Assembly: GCA_036172245.1 (NCBI GenBank) | Contig: JAYWIR010000027.1 | Location: 1,302,001-1,366,000, forward strand | Source: Raillietiella orientalis | Lineage: Eukaryota | Length of the DNA: 64,000 nt | Direction: 5' to 3' | The notes under the pieces: generated by a model | Seen by the model: the letters and a program-made list of their open reading frames with translations, nothing else | What the model was told of the DNA's origin: nothing | Databases searched by the model: none | Position numbers and translations under genes: made by a program | Shown here: positions 35,551 to 48,937 of the stretch, in pieces | How positions within the stretch are numbered: the stretch's first letter is position 1 | Layout: each line of letters opens with the position of its first letter

Positions 35551-37024
35551 GAGTGTCGCTCTCTCTCTTCATATAATTCCTTGTTCTTGTACGGTCAGGT
35601 GCACTATTTCTAGTGACATGGCTTGGAAGTAGAACTTTGAAAGTAATCCGCCACTTGGAAGAAGGAGAAACAAGAGGAAGGGGAAAGGGGGGAGAAGGAG
35701 GAGAAGTTCCAGCACGAGGATTGGAGGTTTCCTTATGGAATTTTCTTGCCAGGAGCAAAAGAGTCCCAAACACGAATCATTCGGGATGTGTGGCAGTAGA
35801 CTCATTTTGTGCCAGATTGATCTGCGGCAATTTCGTTCGAGGGTGCTTCGCTAAAGAGCTCCCACGAGAACCGACCCTGTTTTCGTTGCGCTCAGCTCCC
35901 ATTTCCGAAACTTCACTCCGAGGAGACCTTTCACTCACAATGCACCGATCCCAGGTCCCAGTGGCGCAACATGGGCTCAGAGGAAAAGCTCAGGTGCTCA
36001 CCGGACATTTCCTGGTCATCTGCTTACTGTGGACCGCCACGAAGAGCGGCAGGCAGATCCTGCCGCCCTCACCATCGAAGGGAGTTCAGGCAGAGTCCTC
36101 TGAGAAGCAGCCACAATCGTGCCAAAGACTGCACACCGGCAAAGTGGACGTGGTCTCATCGAATGCACGCGTGCACGCGTGCGTGCATGGATGTGCGCGT
36201 TCGCCAGAAACACACGCACAAAAAAAGACGAACGGCGTTCTCGTGGAATCCTTTCCGTGACTTTTCTCAAGCCGCACAGTGAGCACACTAAGGTCTCCTC
36301 TCACCGACCTTTCCTGGCATGCAGTCCGATGACCACTTTGCGGGTCCTGCTTGATGGAAGACGGAATGCAATCGAGGGATCCCCCCGTTGCGATGACGAC
36401 CTGCGCTGCGAAAGTGCAGGTGCGAAAGCAGGGTGTGAGAAGCGGATAGGCAGATGTCCATCTTGCGCGGCGAGGAGGTTCAGCTGGACGTCGTCTTCAA
36501 AACTCGTGCCCAGGCAACTCGCTGCTTCCATGAACGGAAGGGACGCGTCCCTCGTCTTGCCAGCGTGTCCTTGACGTCGTTTCCAAGGGTGAACTCTCCC
36601 TCCCTTCGCGTACGTAGACTGCGGATGTCCACGCAGCGAGCACACGAAGCGGTGGATCCCGGCAGCACGCCTTCGCCACGACTGTCGGAGAGGAGCGTGC
36701 GGGAGCGCGAATCGTGGTCCCGATCTCTCCGATGCCCGTCGGCAACTGCCTTTCATGTGGAGCAGACCTCACGGATCGAAGCGTTCCAGGGGTGCCGCGC
36801 TGGGCTACGGGCCCAGGGTCCCTCGAGTTGTCGCACGAAGCTGAGGATGTCTTCTGGAAGCTTCCGGAAGCCGTCTTCCGGCGCCCACCCAACACAGACA
36901 CCCGAAACGAGAGAGAGCGCGTCGCCTCCCGGCTTCCAGCGTACTGGAAAAAGAGGAGGATAAAGAGCAAGAGAAAAAAGAGAAGGAGGAAGTAAGGAAA
37001 GAAGAGGAGGAAGAGCGACAGCTT

Positions 37025-37165
37025 AAACCCTCTGCCCTTCAGCATTTATTTCGAGTTGGTGCTGAGAGTGTGTAGTCTGACTCTGCTGAGCTTCTGCCCG
37101 TACACGCCGTCTGTAGCAGCCTACGCGGATGAGCTGCTTCCCCTGCTTCCCGCGTCCACCCCGGC
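37025..37165 (+). mobile_element. Short Tx1-like RT fragment (YADD region)
   Basis: PLPFSIYFELVLR..TPSVAAYADELLPLLP. Confidence 0.75.
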
Positions 37166-37311
37166 AACTGGCAAGATGGGAGTCCTCTTGCAACATTGTA
37201 GCCGGCCAGGAGTCGGTAACTCCTGGCCTACTGCAAGACGAGCAAGTTGGTGGACGGCGCCATTCCTCATTTCCGGCAAAGGGACTCCTTCAGTAGAGTG
37301 ATCTGCTTGGT

Positions 37312-39310
37312 TTAACATGCGGTAACGCCTAAACGTTTATTATAAAAATAACAGGCATTAAGGTAGGGTCCTCGGCCTTACAACGTCCGAAAGAGTTCGG
37401 GACCTGCCGAGTAACCGGCACGCAGGCCGGCGAGGTTCGCCTCGGAAGCAGTGGGGGAGGGGACAAACAAGAATGGAAATATAAACAAAAACACTGTGTA
37501 CAAAAAAAAATGAGAAAGTTAGGGAAGGGATCATCAGGATCTGGAAGGAGTCCTCTGCATCCTTTCCAGGATGCCGGCAAGTTCCATCCGAGTATGCCCC
37601 AGGAGGGGCCATCTTGCTGCCATCCGCAGGAAGCGCGGATCGAAGCAGATCGCGTCTCTATCACACCGTCCTTCTCCACTGCCGTCGCTCCAGGTCTCCA
37701 AAATTCCACGTAGGCAGCAAAGAGCTGCTGAGGATACGGCAGGCGAAAGGTCATCGCGCACGAAGAGGCGTTTCATCACGTCCCTGGGATTGTCCGTCAC
37801 TGCACCAAGGGCCGTTGAGTGGAGCAACCACAGGGGCCGGAGGGCAACGCAGTCTACGAGCAGGTGCAGGATCTGAGATTCCTGTTCCCCGCACCTGTAG
37901 CAGTTGGGGTCCACAGTTCCATAGGTCCAGTGGGAGAGGCGGGCGTCGCACGGGAGACCCCAGTGCAACAGCAGAAGTGCTGACTCCTGCCACTTCAGGG
38001 GAAGAGTCCGGCTATTCTTCAGGACTGGGACCCACTCGAGGTCTTCGTGTAGGATTCCCAGCAGCTCACCGCAGCGCAATAGTCCCTTCGGTGAGATACT
38101 TGGGGTCGCAGCGTCCGTGATCTGATCCGTGTTCCAACCACCTAATTCCTTCTCTTTCCCGAAAATTTCGCAACGGACCTCCCATTTGGCCGGCTGACTA
38201 CTGCCCAGGTGCTCCTTGAGATAGGGAAGAGCCGCGGCTAGGGAGGTCCTTTCTGCCCACGCACGCGTGGTGCGCCGCACGATGAGGTCCTGCAGCGAGC
38301 AGTTGTTGTAGAAGGAGTGCAGCAGTCGCCGCCGCATCTCCGGGCTCTCTTCCTTGTTCTGGGCCCATGTGCAAACGATTTCCTGCAACCAGGCACTGCC
38401 GTTCGCGGGCCGGCAGAAGATCCAGGTGTTCGTCCTGATCACTTTGGTCACTCGACGGAGCTCCAGACCGCAGTGGGCTACGTTGAGTCAGCGCCGCCAC
38501 GCCCGGAGTGAAGAAGGTCCCGCGTAGCCGGTGGCTCGCTTGACCAGGTATCATGCGGGCTCGCACCAGTTTGTGCTCCAAAACTTCGCCACTAGGGCGA
38601 GCGTCCTCCACTGGAGCTGCCGCCCCAGGCGCTCCAGCGTCAGAAGACCGAGGCTACCCTCGCGACTCGCAGTGCACAAGTCCTTCAGGCGGACTCGGGA
38701 CCTCCTTGCTCCCCACAGGGCTATTCTCAGGAGGTCCTTCGTCGGCCTCTTTATGCTTCTTGGTGAGGGGCAAACAAAAAGCAGGGGGAGGAATAGGGAG
38801 GCCACAAACATGTTCCACATCACGGCCCGTTCCGTCAAGAGAAACTTGCCATCCTGGAAGGGTCCGATCGCCAACTCTGCCTTCTGGAGGCAGCTGGACC
38901 TCGCCTTCGCTGGAGAATAATTTACCCACTATTCAGCGAGGTACTTAAAGTACCGATCCATGGGGATCCCCAAGCGGATCCAATCCAGCTGCCCTGTCCA
39001 CGCCGAACGGACTGCTACCACGGATGATTTCTCCCTGTTCACCTCTAGTCCTGTCCCGCGCCTTAAGCGCACGAAAAAATCCTCGAGGAACGACGCCGGG
39101 GTGGACATACGGAGCAGCAGCAGAAGATCGTCTGCATATGCTGACATGGCAGGTGTGCCTGGGCACGCGCGTGCGAGGCGAGCCAGTTTTCCCATAGGCC
39201 CTCTGCACCAACTCGAAGTACGTGCTGAAGGACAAGGGAACCAGGCTGTTGCCCTGCCTTATCCTGCGGCGCACCGGCAAACTGAATCCGTTTTGTCCTC
39301 TGAAAGAAAT
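37312..39310 (-). mobile_element. 5'-truncated Tx1-like copy D with frameshifted ORF2 (RT C-terminal half, zf-RVT-like zinc finger, 3' UTR)
   Basis: RRIRQGNSLVPLSFSTYFELV; SAYADDLLLLL; GTGLEVNREKS; REGSLGLLTL; CYRCGEQESQILHLLVDC (ORF 37534..38451); AATAAA at 37336-37341 (-). Confidence 0.93.
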
Positions 39311-40799
39311 GTTGGTTAGCGGCCTTCTTGGTGTGCCCGTGCCCGCCGAAAAACTCGTGATCCCTTCCTTTTGTGTGAATACCTGCGTTGACCCGCTCCG
39401 GTGGGAATGGGATTTTCTGCTGTTTCTACACGGGGAACGCAGTTCAATCAGCATAGATCCCTGGTTTCCAGGACAGTTGCCTCCCCGAACTGTTCCAGGT
39501 GAGGGACGATAGAATCGCTCCCACACACCCTATTGGACTGCAGTGCCCTCGAGGACTTGTAGCAAAGACCTCGGCCTCGGCGCTCCGTCAACCTGAGGAC
39601 ACCGCTTTGGACTTGCTGAGACACTTCCTTCACAGAAAGAGGACTGAAGAAGGGCGCTGTGATTTCACATTCGGCGCGCGTTTATTCATGCAGAAATCGA
39701 TGGAGCCAAAAGGCTCACCGATTCCAATTATAACATTAGGATGGAGAGCCGGCGAGGTCCATCACGAAGGGGAAGGAAGCGGAAACAAAATTAGAACAAA
39801 AAGAAAAAAAGCTATAACAAACAATAAAGATTAACAAAACAATGACAAAACCGAAAAAAAAATTAATTGCGGGAAAGGGAAGTGATCACGTTTCATGATG
39901 GGTGAGACCTCGGCATCCGTTGAAGGATGATGGCGAGCTCCTTCTCCCTTTCCAAGCGGGACCATCTCAGAGCTATCCGCAGGAAGCGGATGGCTTGCAG
40001 GGCAGTCCCCCATCGCTCCGACCTCTCTCGTTGCTACCGGAAGCACCATCATCCTGGAGAATGCCTGCGGGCGGGGTGGCCACATCAGCTCCGCTGTTTC
40101 CCGACTCGAGGCTTCCCTTCGCTGAGGTTGCCTCGGCTCCCGGGGTCAGTTCCGATGCACGCGGAGTTCTTGCCTCGGCGGCGGCGGCGGCTCTCTCGAA
40201 GGGCTTCCGGATTTTCCTTTTTCCTGGGGCCGCGAGCTCCTCTTCCCTCCTTTGGAAGAAAGCGCATCCCGTGAAGCGTTGACCTCACTTGCGTTCGGCC
40301 CTTGGGTTGCCCCGGAAGCAGCCGCTCCTTCTGCCGGTGCATGGACCCGACCTCTTCAGCTCCAGTCCGTTGCTTACACGGTTTCTCCCCCCCTTCCCCT
40401 AGCTTCAGCCTCGAGCGTGACCCAGCTGGTCGCGAGGAGACGCACCGCACCTCCGGGCTCACCTTCCCCTGGCGTCCGCAAGTTCTGTCAAGTTCCGCAA
40501 AAGCGGGACTTCCCGGCGCGCCACCGGCGCGTCTGGCGCTCCGGTCGATCCAACAAACACCTTGAAAGCATTGATGGGTGAGATTTGGCGCAAGATGCCG
40601 CGGGCGGCGCCGAACATGGACGATTCAGTCGCCGATGCGGTTCCCTTTCAGGCGGGTCACTGTCGACTTGTCGTCCCCATGAATAGAAAACACCCCCTTT
40701 CCTCCCCCCTTACCTCACTCTGACTGGGGTCCCGAGAAGGCGGTGGACCAACGCTTCTCCGAACCTCTGTTGCCTCCGGGAATCACGAGCTTTCGGAGG

Positions 40800-41640
40800 G
40801 CGCACGGGCGCACGTGGTCTCAGAGATGCTCCCTACCTTGTAGATGAATGTGGGATTGCACATCTCCCTCCTCCTGGGTCACACAGACCCTGGTCTCCAC
40901 ATCCACATACGTTTGAACCCTGTGAAGAGGCCTTTGCCTCGGGGACAGGGTAGCCTCCAGCGACGACCTGCTTCGGGGACTCGGCTAGCTTCCCTCCCAG
41001 GAGTCTGGAGAGGGGACTACAGGACACCCCTTACTGGGGACACGGAATATCCCTCTGTCGGTCACCCGAGACACGGCAAGGTCGGCGACCTCGATAGTAA
41101 ATAGGAAACGCATAGGCCCAAAGGACACACAAGCCCTTCGCTGGTGTACGTCCAGGTGACCGGGGATCGACAAACCTGCATCTTAGTCCTGATCCTCGCC
41201 TCGCCGATCATGCTTTCTAGGGACTCTCTCGGTCAAGCAGTTGACCCCGTTCTGCTCCCGGTTCTTCTCCAGACGTCCCGGCGGATGTGCCAGTCCCTCT
41301 GCTGCACCCTCCTGGAAGTGCACCCTCCACGGCCACTTTCTCCGCGTTCCCCTAGGAAAAGCAGTCATGAAATCCGTGCCTCTCGAAGTCCACGCTATCG
41401 ATCGATTCGATCTGCAAGGTCGTCGGGCCCGATGGGTGCCTGGCACGAACGTGGGAAGGAGAGTGGGCACGTTCAGTTTGAAACTGGCAGTACCGCAACG
41501 GTCCTCCTGCTCGGTGATTCTCGTCTTCTGATGCTGCGTGCACTTGCCGATAGCGACAGAGCCGTGGACGGCGAACCCCCGAGCATCGAACTCTTTAAGA
41601 CAGCTGCCGTTCCCTACCACCGTCGATAGGACGCGCGTGC
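40800..41640 (-). mobile_element. Probable decayed endonuclease/linker region of an L1/Tx1-like ORF2
   Basis: PTF..RIDR (across a frameshift) and GEARIRTK resemble AP-endonuclease C-terminal and GAIIRSR motifs. Confidence 0.3.
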
Positions 41641-43757
41641 CGAGAGATCCTACAGCTTTGAGTTCCTGAGCGACAGAAAATGACCATGATGATGATTCCG
41701 GAGGCCATTTGGATCGAGAGGCTTCTCGCTTCCGATTCTGCGATCCTCAAGCCTTGTTCTCCTTCGTTATGGCTCCCAGGCACCGACCGCAGCTTCGTCC
41801 CGAGAGAGAATCAGTTCGCTCGACTTCCAACAGATGCCAGGCTGTGGATGATCCTTTGGTTCCGAGATCCTCCGCGAGATGACGATGAAGGTGGTTACAG
41901 GCTTTTGGGGTGAGCCTGCGCACGTTAGGCAGGAGGAAAAGGGGGTCATCTTTTGGCGAATGGCAGGAAGGAAAAGACGCGGCGTCCACCGTGCGCCGGG
42001 AGGCGGAGGGTCATGAAGGGTCAGCGCCGGGACGCAGAGGTTCCTCCGGATGACCTTAGCGGAACCAGGTGGCACGGAACGACCCCGAAAATCGGCTCTC
42101 GTTGCTGGCGGTTTGAAAAGTCAGCAGGGGGCGGGGTGAACCTGTGAGCTCTTTGGCACGAGGGCACCCTCCGGCGTGTTGCCGTTCTCGCGCTGCGGCG
42201 GTGCCTTGTCTTCGGCACGGCCGGCAGCGCGTCAGCTAGGAGACGCATCCAGGCGCGACCTGGACCAGCAGCGGGGATTGTCGGGAGCAGCGGCTACTTC
42301 CCGCCCCGCCCGCGTTCGTGCTGCCCCTCCGACGCGAGTGTGGGAGCCTCCGGCGGTGGCCCTGCTGCCCCCGCGGACTACCCCGGTCGCGTCTCGGAGC
42401 GCCTCTTCGCGCGGACGGTTGCGGGTGCGGCCGCAGCTCGCCGTCGCCTCACGGGCGTCCTTGAGGACCGCGATGAGATGGCCTTACCCGGGAAGATGCA
42501 AAGAGGAGCCAGGGCCACTATCCTTCACAAGAATGCAAAAGATGCCAGGGAGCCACCCTTGACCGCCGCCCCACACTCGTAAAACCATGACGTTTGAATT
42601 TATTTGTCCCTCCCCCTAACTCCTGCCCCCTCCCTTCGCCGTTCCCGGAGCCTTCGTTGACCCCCTGACCAGCCTGACGGTCACTTGGCGTTTGCCCTCT
42701 GGTTCTTCGGTACGACACGAATGCGACTCTGCATGGTCATCTGTGTGCTTCTGTTGTTGCTGTTCACGGTGGACGCCCGGCGCCGCGAAGCGCACACAGC
42801 CAGCACTTCCTGCTGGGCTGTTCGGGAGGCGCAGCTCCGTCCCTCAGGAGCTCCCCTGCGCAGCCTCCGCGGCGAGCACGGTGGGGGCCTCGCCAGCGCG
42901 AACGCCGCGCTGCCCCTGTTGGAACGGTCGGGAGAGGTGGAGGATGACCCCGCATCCCAGAGGGCATGCGACGGGGCTCACCCCGAACTTTCGAACGGCC
43001 ACGACCTCGTCCGCCTCGTTCGTCTGACTCGGCGCGCCACAGCGACCTCCGCACCCCTCCACCCCCTCCCATCGCCGCTGCTGCTCCGATGGCCGTGTGC
43101 AGCCAGCGTGAAAGGCTCGCCGGCTGCAGAGAGCACCTAGGTTGCCTCCTCTTCCGGGTGGACCTGAAGGGTTCCCCCCAACTACACCAGCTGGCAGCAA
43201 AGACGTTCCTCCAGCAGAGGAAGGAACCAATGAAAATTCGTGGTTGGCTGCGTCGCCCGACTGGTTTTCTCCCGCCTCCGAGAACCCCGGAAGCTCCGCG
43301 TCGGCTCCGCGTGGCGTCGCGAGAAGTGCGCGCGACCCGAGGATCGGCCCCCCTGGCGAAGGTGGAGCGGCAACGGCGGAGGGGAGGGAAGCAGCCCGAG
43401 GCACCTGTCACGCGCGCGGAAACGCCAGCAGTGTGGATTCTCTCCCGTCGCTGAGACGTCTCCCTCCTTCCAGGAAGAGTCCCCATCCATGCGAGCCTTC
43501 CCCACCCCCTTCCTTCCCCCCTCCCCTCCCTTTCTCCTCCCCCTTCTTCCTTTTCCCTTCCTCCTCGTCCTCCTTTCCTCTTCCTGTCCTTGAGGACCAG
43601 CTGCTGCCGCTGGACCGCGACGAGGTCCCTCCAGGGCAGGAAGCGCGGCCCTCTGCCACCCGGAAGTGCTCTGCGGCAGCTGCTCGCCAAAGGCGACTCC
43701 CCCTCTGGTTCCCGCTGGGGAGGGGCGAAGGCAGCCTGTGTCGTCGCCGCTTTCCTC

Positions 43758-43833
43758 ATTTATCTATTATTTATCTTTTACTTATTTATTGTTATTTTCT
43801 AGTTTATTTTCATACATTTATTCACGCATTTAC

Positions 43834-43867
<34 letters not shown>

Positions 43868-44875
43868 CATATATATACACGTCTATTTTATATATACACG
43901 CATATATATTCATATATTTATTTACTTATTACTTATTTTTTTAGTCTTTAATTGATCTCTTAATCAGTTCATTTACCTTCAATTAATTTGTCTATTTTTG
44001 ATTTATTGATTGCCCATTTATTAACTTATATTATTTACTTATATTTAATATTTATTTATTTTTATTTATTTAGATACATCTTTTATTTACTATTTATCTA
44101 TTTATTGTTCATTCACGTGCTTGTTCGTCATTTGATTATTTATTTCATTCATTATTTATTTATGTACTTATTTCTTTAGCATTTTATAATATATTTTTCA
44201 ATTTAAGTTGGTTTCTCTTTGATCATTTATTTGTTTATTTTCTTAATTTATTAATGTATTCACTCAACTATGTATTCATGTACGTATTCATGTATTCATT
44301 GCTTTATTCATTTATGTATGTACATGTGTATTTATTTATGCATTTCTTTATTTATATATCTGTTATGTATCTGCACTTGTATATCTGTTTATGTTTACGT
44401 ATTTAATTATGTGTATACTTATGCTTTCATTTCGTAATTTATGTCTCTGTTCGTTTAAGCATTTGTATGCCTGGCTATTTTACTTATGCATATATTTATT
44501 TCTATTTGTGTATTTATTTATTTATGTATCCATGTGTGTTTGCCAGTTTCTTGTTCGATGTACTCCTTTCTCTATGTATGTATGCAATTATCTCCTTGTT
44601 TCTGTATTCATGTATTCGCTTGTTTTTTTATTGAGTGCTTATTTATTCGCGTGCCTATGTAATTCCGTATTTGCAGATGCATTACGTGCCCCTCTATTTG
44701 CCTTCGCTCCTATTTATTCAAGTGCTCACGCACCCCCGTTCCCACTTGTTTTCCCATTTGCATATTTGCGTGCCTATTTCTCTATTTACGGCCTTTTCTC
44801 GTTTATGTGTGCGTTTGATAGGTCGGCACTCCAACTATTTATTTATGTATTTGTTCATCCACCTATGTATGCGTC
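43758..44875. repeat. AT-rich low-complexity tract (degenerate TTTA / TATG / TA repeats)
   Basis: Abrupt compositional shift with simple repeats. Confidence 0.9.
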
Positions 44876-47800
44876 ATTTCCAGTCTTGGTGTGGTCAGCG
44901 ACGCACCTGGGGTTCCTGTTTCTCAGGAGGGTCTCTGCAGGCGAGGGAGAGACCCCAGTAGGTCCCCACTGTACGCGCGTCTTCTTTTCCTTCATTCCCC
45001 CTGATCGGGGAGGGCGGAAGTAGCCCCGATTCCTCCCCCACGGCCCAGAGGCGCACTCTGTCGCCGCCACACTGAAGGCACTTTCGTCGCCTCACGGGAG
45101 AGGGCACGGCCACGCGGACGATCCGCCTGAGGCGCTGCTGTCGCCAGCGCGCGAGTCCGCGGCGGCGACAAATCCGTCGCTCACCTTTCGCGCTTGGACA
45201 CTGACCTCCCTCCCCCCCTCCCGCGAGTCGGGAAGCGGACTTTCCGTTCCCCCCCACTTCCTCTCAGCTGCGGGCTTTCCCTTGCACTGCCTTTCGGTCG
45301 CTCGAAACGCTTATCCCCCCCCCCCAGAGAGAAGACGCGACTCTCGATCTCTCTCGATGGAACCCGAAGAACGCAAGGCGCTTCCGCCGGCCGCGCAGGG
45401 ATGAGGCCGAAAGGAAGATGGGATCTGCGCTGGCCCGGGAGCGAAAAGCAAAATCAAGCGGGATGAGAGAGCAGCGACAGCAGGGGCTGCCGGAGGCGCG
45501 CGCGCTCCCGCCTCGAGGTTGGGGGGCAGCCCGGCGAAGGACAAGGTGGCGGCGCGCCAGTCATCAGCAACCTTCTCCTCTCGTGCCAGAAAGTCCTTTC
45601 GCCCGTCACCGTGCGTCTCCGCGACGCGGGCGACGATGATCAGCATTCCGGGGAACCGGTCGGGATGAACGGTTGCGTAACCAGGCAACCTCTCCGCTGC
45701 CGACGCGCGGGAGAGCCTGCAGGCCGTTCGACCTTGATTTCACTTTTTTGTTCCGCCGCGGTCTCTTTCCTCGCTCCGCCAGGATTCCAAGGCTGACTGC
45801 TTCCTTTCTCCTCCTCACTCCTCCCCCGTGCGCCCGCCACCCTCAAGCGCCGACCGACCCCCACGGGCTGGAGACGACCCCGAGTCAAACCCCGGAGAGC
45901 CGGCGGGCACCGCTTCGCCTCTCTCGCGGTTCCCGGGCCTCCCTTCGGTTCCCGGAAGCGCGTCTTTGACCGCACCAGAAGGAGGAAGGGTCGCTCTCCT
46001 CCGTCGGTATTCCCCCGAGGGGTCCTGCGGTGGTCAGCAGCCTCGCCGAGCGGGGTGCCGCAGAAGAGAACTCTGGCCGCCAGCCGGGTGAGGCCGTCAA
46101 CTTCGCGGCTTTCGCGCTGACCTGCAGAGGCTTGGCCGGCCGCCTCAAGCGCGGCGGCAGCAAAAAGAATTCTCCCTCCCCCTGCATACAGAAGGGGACC
46201 CCGGGTGGGAGGAGGAAGGGCGGGTATGGCCAAGAAGCCCACTGCGGCGAACGGTAGGGGTCGCTGTCTGCGCGCAGCGGCACGGGGCGTGCGAGTCCAC
46301 CCCCGTATGGAACGCATCTGGAGCGCAGAGGATCTCCTTGCAGAGACACGGCCAGCACCTCACGTGCCCACCCCCAGGACCCCTCTTGAGGAGTCCTGGT
46401 CCAATAGCCCGGGGTCACGACCTACGGTTCCCAGCGGTTCAAGAGGAAAGGACGCCAAGGCAGCGGGAGACGACCAGGATAGCGCGCTGACCGCACCGGT
46501 TGGGTCACCGGCCTCGATGACCAGTCGCCCGAAGTGGAAGAAGACCGCCACCCCGTCCCCGGGAAATGGATGACCGGAAGCACCTGCATGATGACCCTCC
46601 CCGACGTTTCTTGCGCAGAACGAAACGCCGAGGGGAGAACTCTGGAGCGCTGACCAGCCCGACCCTGGTGACCACCTCAGCAGCAGCCAGGGAGCGGAGG
46701 CGGGAGGGATGTGTGCGCGTGCTCGGGACCCGGAGCAACACCGGGATGGCTGCGAAATGAGGCTGTTTTCCCTGGCGACGGTTCGCGATCAGGACGCCGG
46801 CGGCTGGGAGCGGGGACCGCGGCAAAGGGCCGGGCGCGGGTGAAAAGGAGGCTGCTCGTTTCCCCGGCGCCAAGGAGGCTCCGGTGGTTCCCTTTCTTCC
46901 CTCTGCAACACCCACGACGCCTTCCTGAGCCTTTCTTCGCTGCTTGACCCCGTCACTCTCGATGGCGACCATCGATAGCGGTCGAAAGGGGGGGACGCAC
47001 GCTCTTCCAGTGCCCTGGACCGCGCTTTTCGAGGCCGTACCTCTTGGTCCTGAGAACAAGGGGAGTGAGGGGCAGAGAGGGAGCCACTGCACTGTCGCGG
47101 GCAGCTCATCGCCGCCTCAGGACACACCCACGCTCGCACCGAGTCTCCCCCGCAAGGTCGCGGCAAGGTGACGAAGGAGACCATTCCTGGGTAAAGAGGG
47201 GGTCGTGGCTGGGAAGGGAAGCTGCTGAAGGGGGCCCCGAGCTGGGCCGATGAGCTCATGCTTGGCTCCCCCTTTCCCGAGCATGTGTTCATCCCTAAAG
47301 CAAAAAGAAAACAGGAAACTGGTGCGCACTCCTGCCGTCCCGTTCGCCTTGCCTCTACCTCCCGGTGAATCGTCTTTCGCCCTAACACGCCGACCACTGC
47401 ATGGAAGACCTGGAGCTCATCTGATGTTCCCGGAGGGAATGCTCACCCTTGAGCGCCCGCCGGCGGGAAAGCACGGAAATGCTTGGCATTCATCGCAAGA
47501 GAGACGGGGAACCACTCGGCACGGTAGAAGACCTGTAATGGCCTTGGAGCCAACCGGAACCCTCTAAAGGGCTACTTAGATCTCGTGCCTCCCTGAAATC
47601 TGCTGTCTTCGGAGGCAGCCCGGAACGGCGCGAGGTGCTCTGGCAGTCCCAAGCACCTCCTTTGCTCCCCACCCCTTTTCTCCTTCCTCTCGCGGAAAAA
47701 GCGCCGACGCTTGCTGGAGCTCCTCGAAGACCGCCGTCAAAGAGTGCCGCGGGATCGCAGTGCATTCCTCCCCCCCTCATCTTGTTTCCTTGACTACGGT

Positions 47801-47976
47801 CGGCAGACCCGACAGGAAGACACGCCAGCAGTCGGCAACTCTTCGATGATCTCGAAAATTCCCCGTCCTGGAACTGCACGCGATGGACTTCACCTTGGAC
47901 TCGCGGGCAATCTCCTGTGAGCAACTTAATCTTCCCGTCGTGACGGAGCAGAACAATCCAGCAATAAAAAACCTAT

Positions 47977-48170
47977 CAATGTTTGCATTGGTAACGAGCT
48001 AAACAATGGTAGTAACTAGGAAGCGCATCAACACTGGCATCGGCAGCGAGCCGAACAATGGTCGTAGCTAAGGGACGCAACAATGTTTGTAGCGGAAACG
48101 AGTCATGCAGTGATCGTAGCTAAGAGAGACTTTGCTTTCGGCAACGAACCAAACAAGGGTCATAACCAAG
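47977..48170. repeat. Degenerate 52-bp tandem repeat (about 3.7 units) with AACAAT motifs
   Basis: Units start at 47977, 48029 and 48081, with a partial unit near 48131. Confidence 0.8.
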
Positions 48171-48820
48171 CTACGCACCGCCGCGCTCTCCAACGCTACC
48201 CAAGCGCCTCCTCGCCATTTGTTCCGAGTGAGATTCGGATCTCCGCCTTCAGCTTGGAGAAAAGGCTTCTCTCTCCGTGAACGGCGAAGTGCAAGCCTGT
48301 CCAGAGTCCTTAGAAGGAACGGTCACCCAAGCCAATTGCTTGCGATGGCGCTCTGCCAGTAGGAGGGTGGGGTGAACGCGCATCCTTCGCTGCCAGCGCG
48401 CCAGAGTGTTTTGGGTCTCGTCTTTCCATCGGAGTTTTTCTAGTACCACAAAGATCCGGAACCTCTGCTTCCCTCCGACATCTCATCTCCAGACGCCGAG
48501 AATCTCTTTGCTCGTGAGATTCTAAACTCAGGACCTCCCACGCATCCAGTCGCACGCGTCCTCCAGGCCGAATCATTCGGTCCGAGCATGCGTAAAGATG
48601 CCAAAGAAGTAGTTTGCAACTGCTCAGCTGAGCTTTTCCTCTTTTCGTCGACCGTGGATCAGCCGGCTTGCTTGTTTTCCTCCAGTGTCACCGGAAGTAG
48701 CGCTCCGCAAACGGCTTCCTGGAAGAACACTTGATGAACGCATCAGCAACTGCGATACCCGAAAACCATCTCGGGTGCAGAGATAAAAAAAAAAACCGCT
48801 CTGGAGGCAAATCGGAGGCA

Positions 48821-48937
48821 GGCCAATCAGTAAGAGGATCTGCTCGAGATAATTCAAGGCCGAAGTCACGTTAATTGCCCCGTCTGCTGTTAATTCCCCG
48901 TAGAGACTGGGGTCTGTCGGAGTTGCGCGCATGCGCA
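48821..48937. promoter_or_regulatory. Promoter-like motif cluster: CCAAT box, duplicated GTTAATT(G)CCCCGT, NRF1/Ewg-type GCGCATGCGC
   Basis: Motifs are present in the sequence, but no linked gene was identified. Confidence 0.25.

Noticed and set aside
42681..43140. Signal-peptide-like ORF MRLCMVICVLLLLLFTVDA (+) or a terminal exon on the minus strand
   Set aside because: No recognisable domain or supporting splice structure on either strand.
44391..45023. Hydrophobic 210-aa ORF that looks like a membrane protein
   Set aside because: It is the translation of T-rich simple repeats.
47977..48170. Regularly spaced repeats as a CRISPR array
   Set aside because: Whole units are degenerate copies with no unique spacers, no cas genes are present, and the context is eukaryotic.
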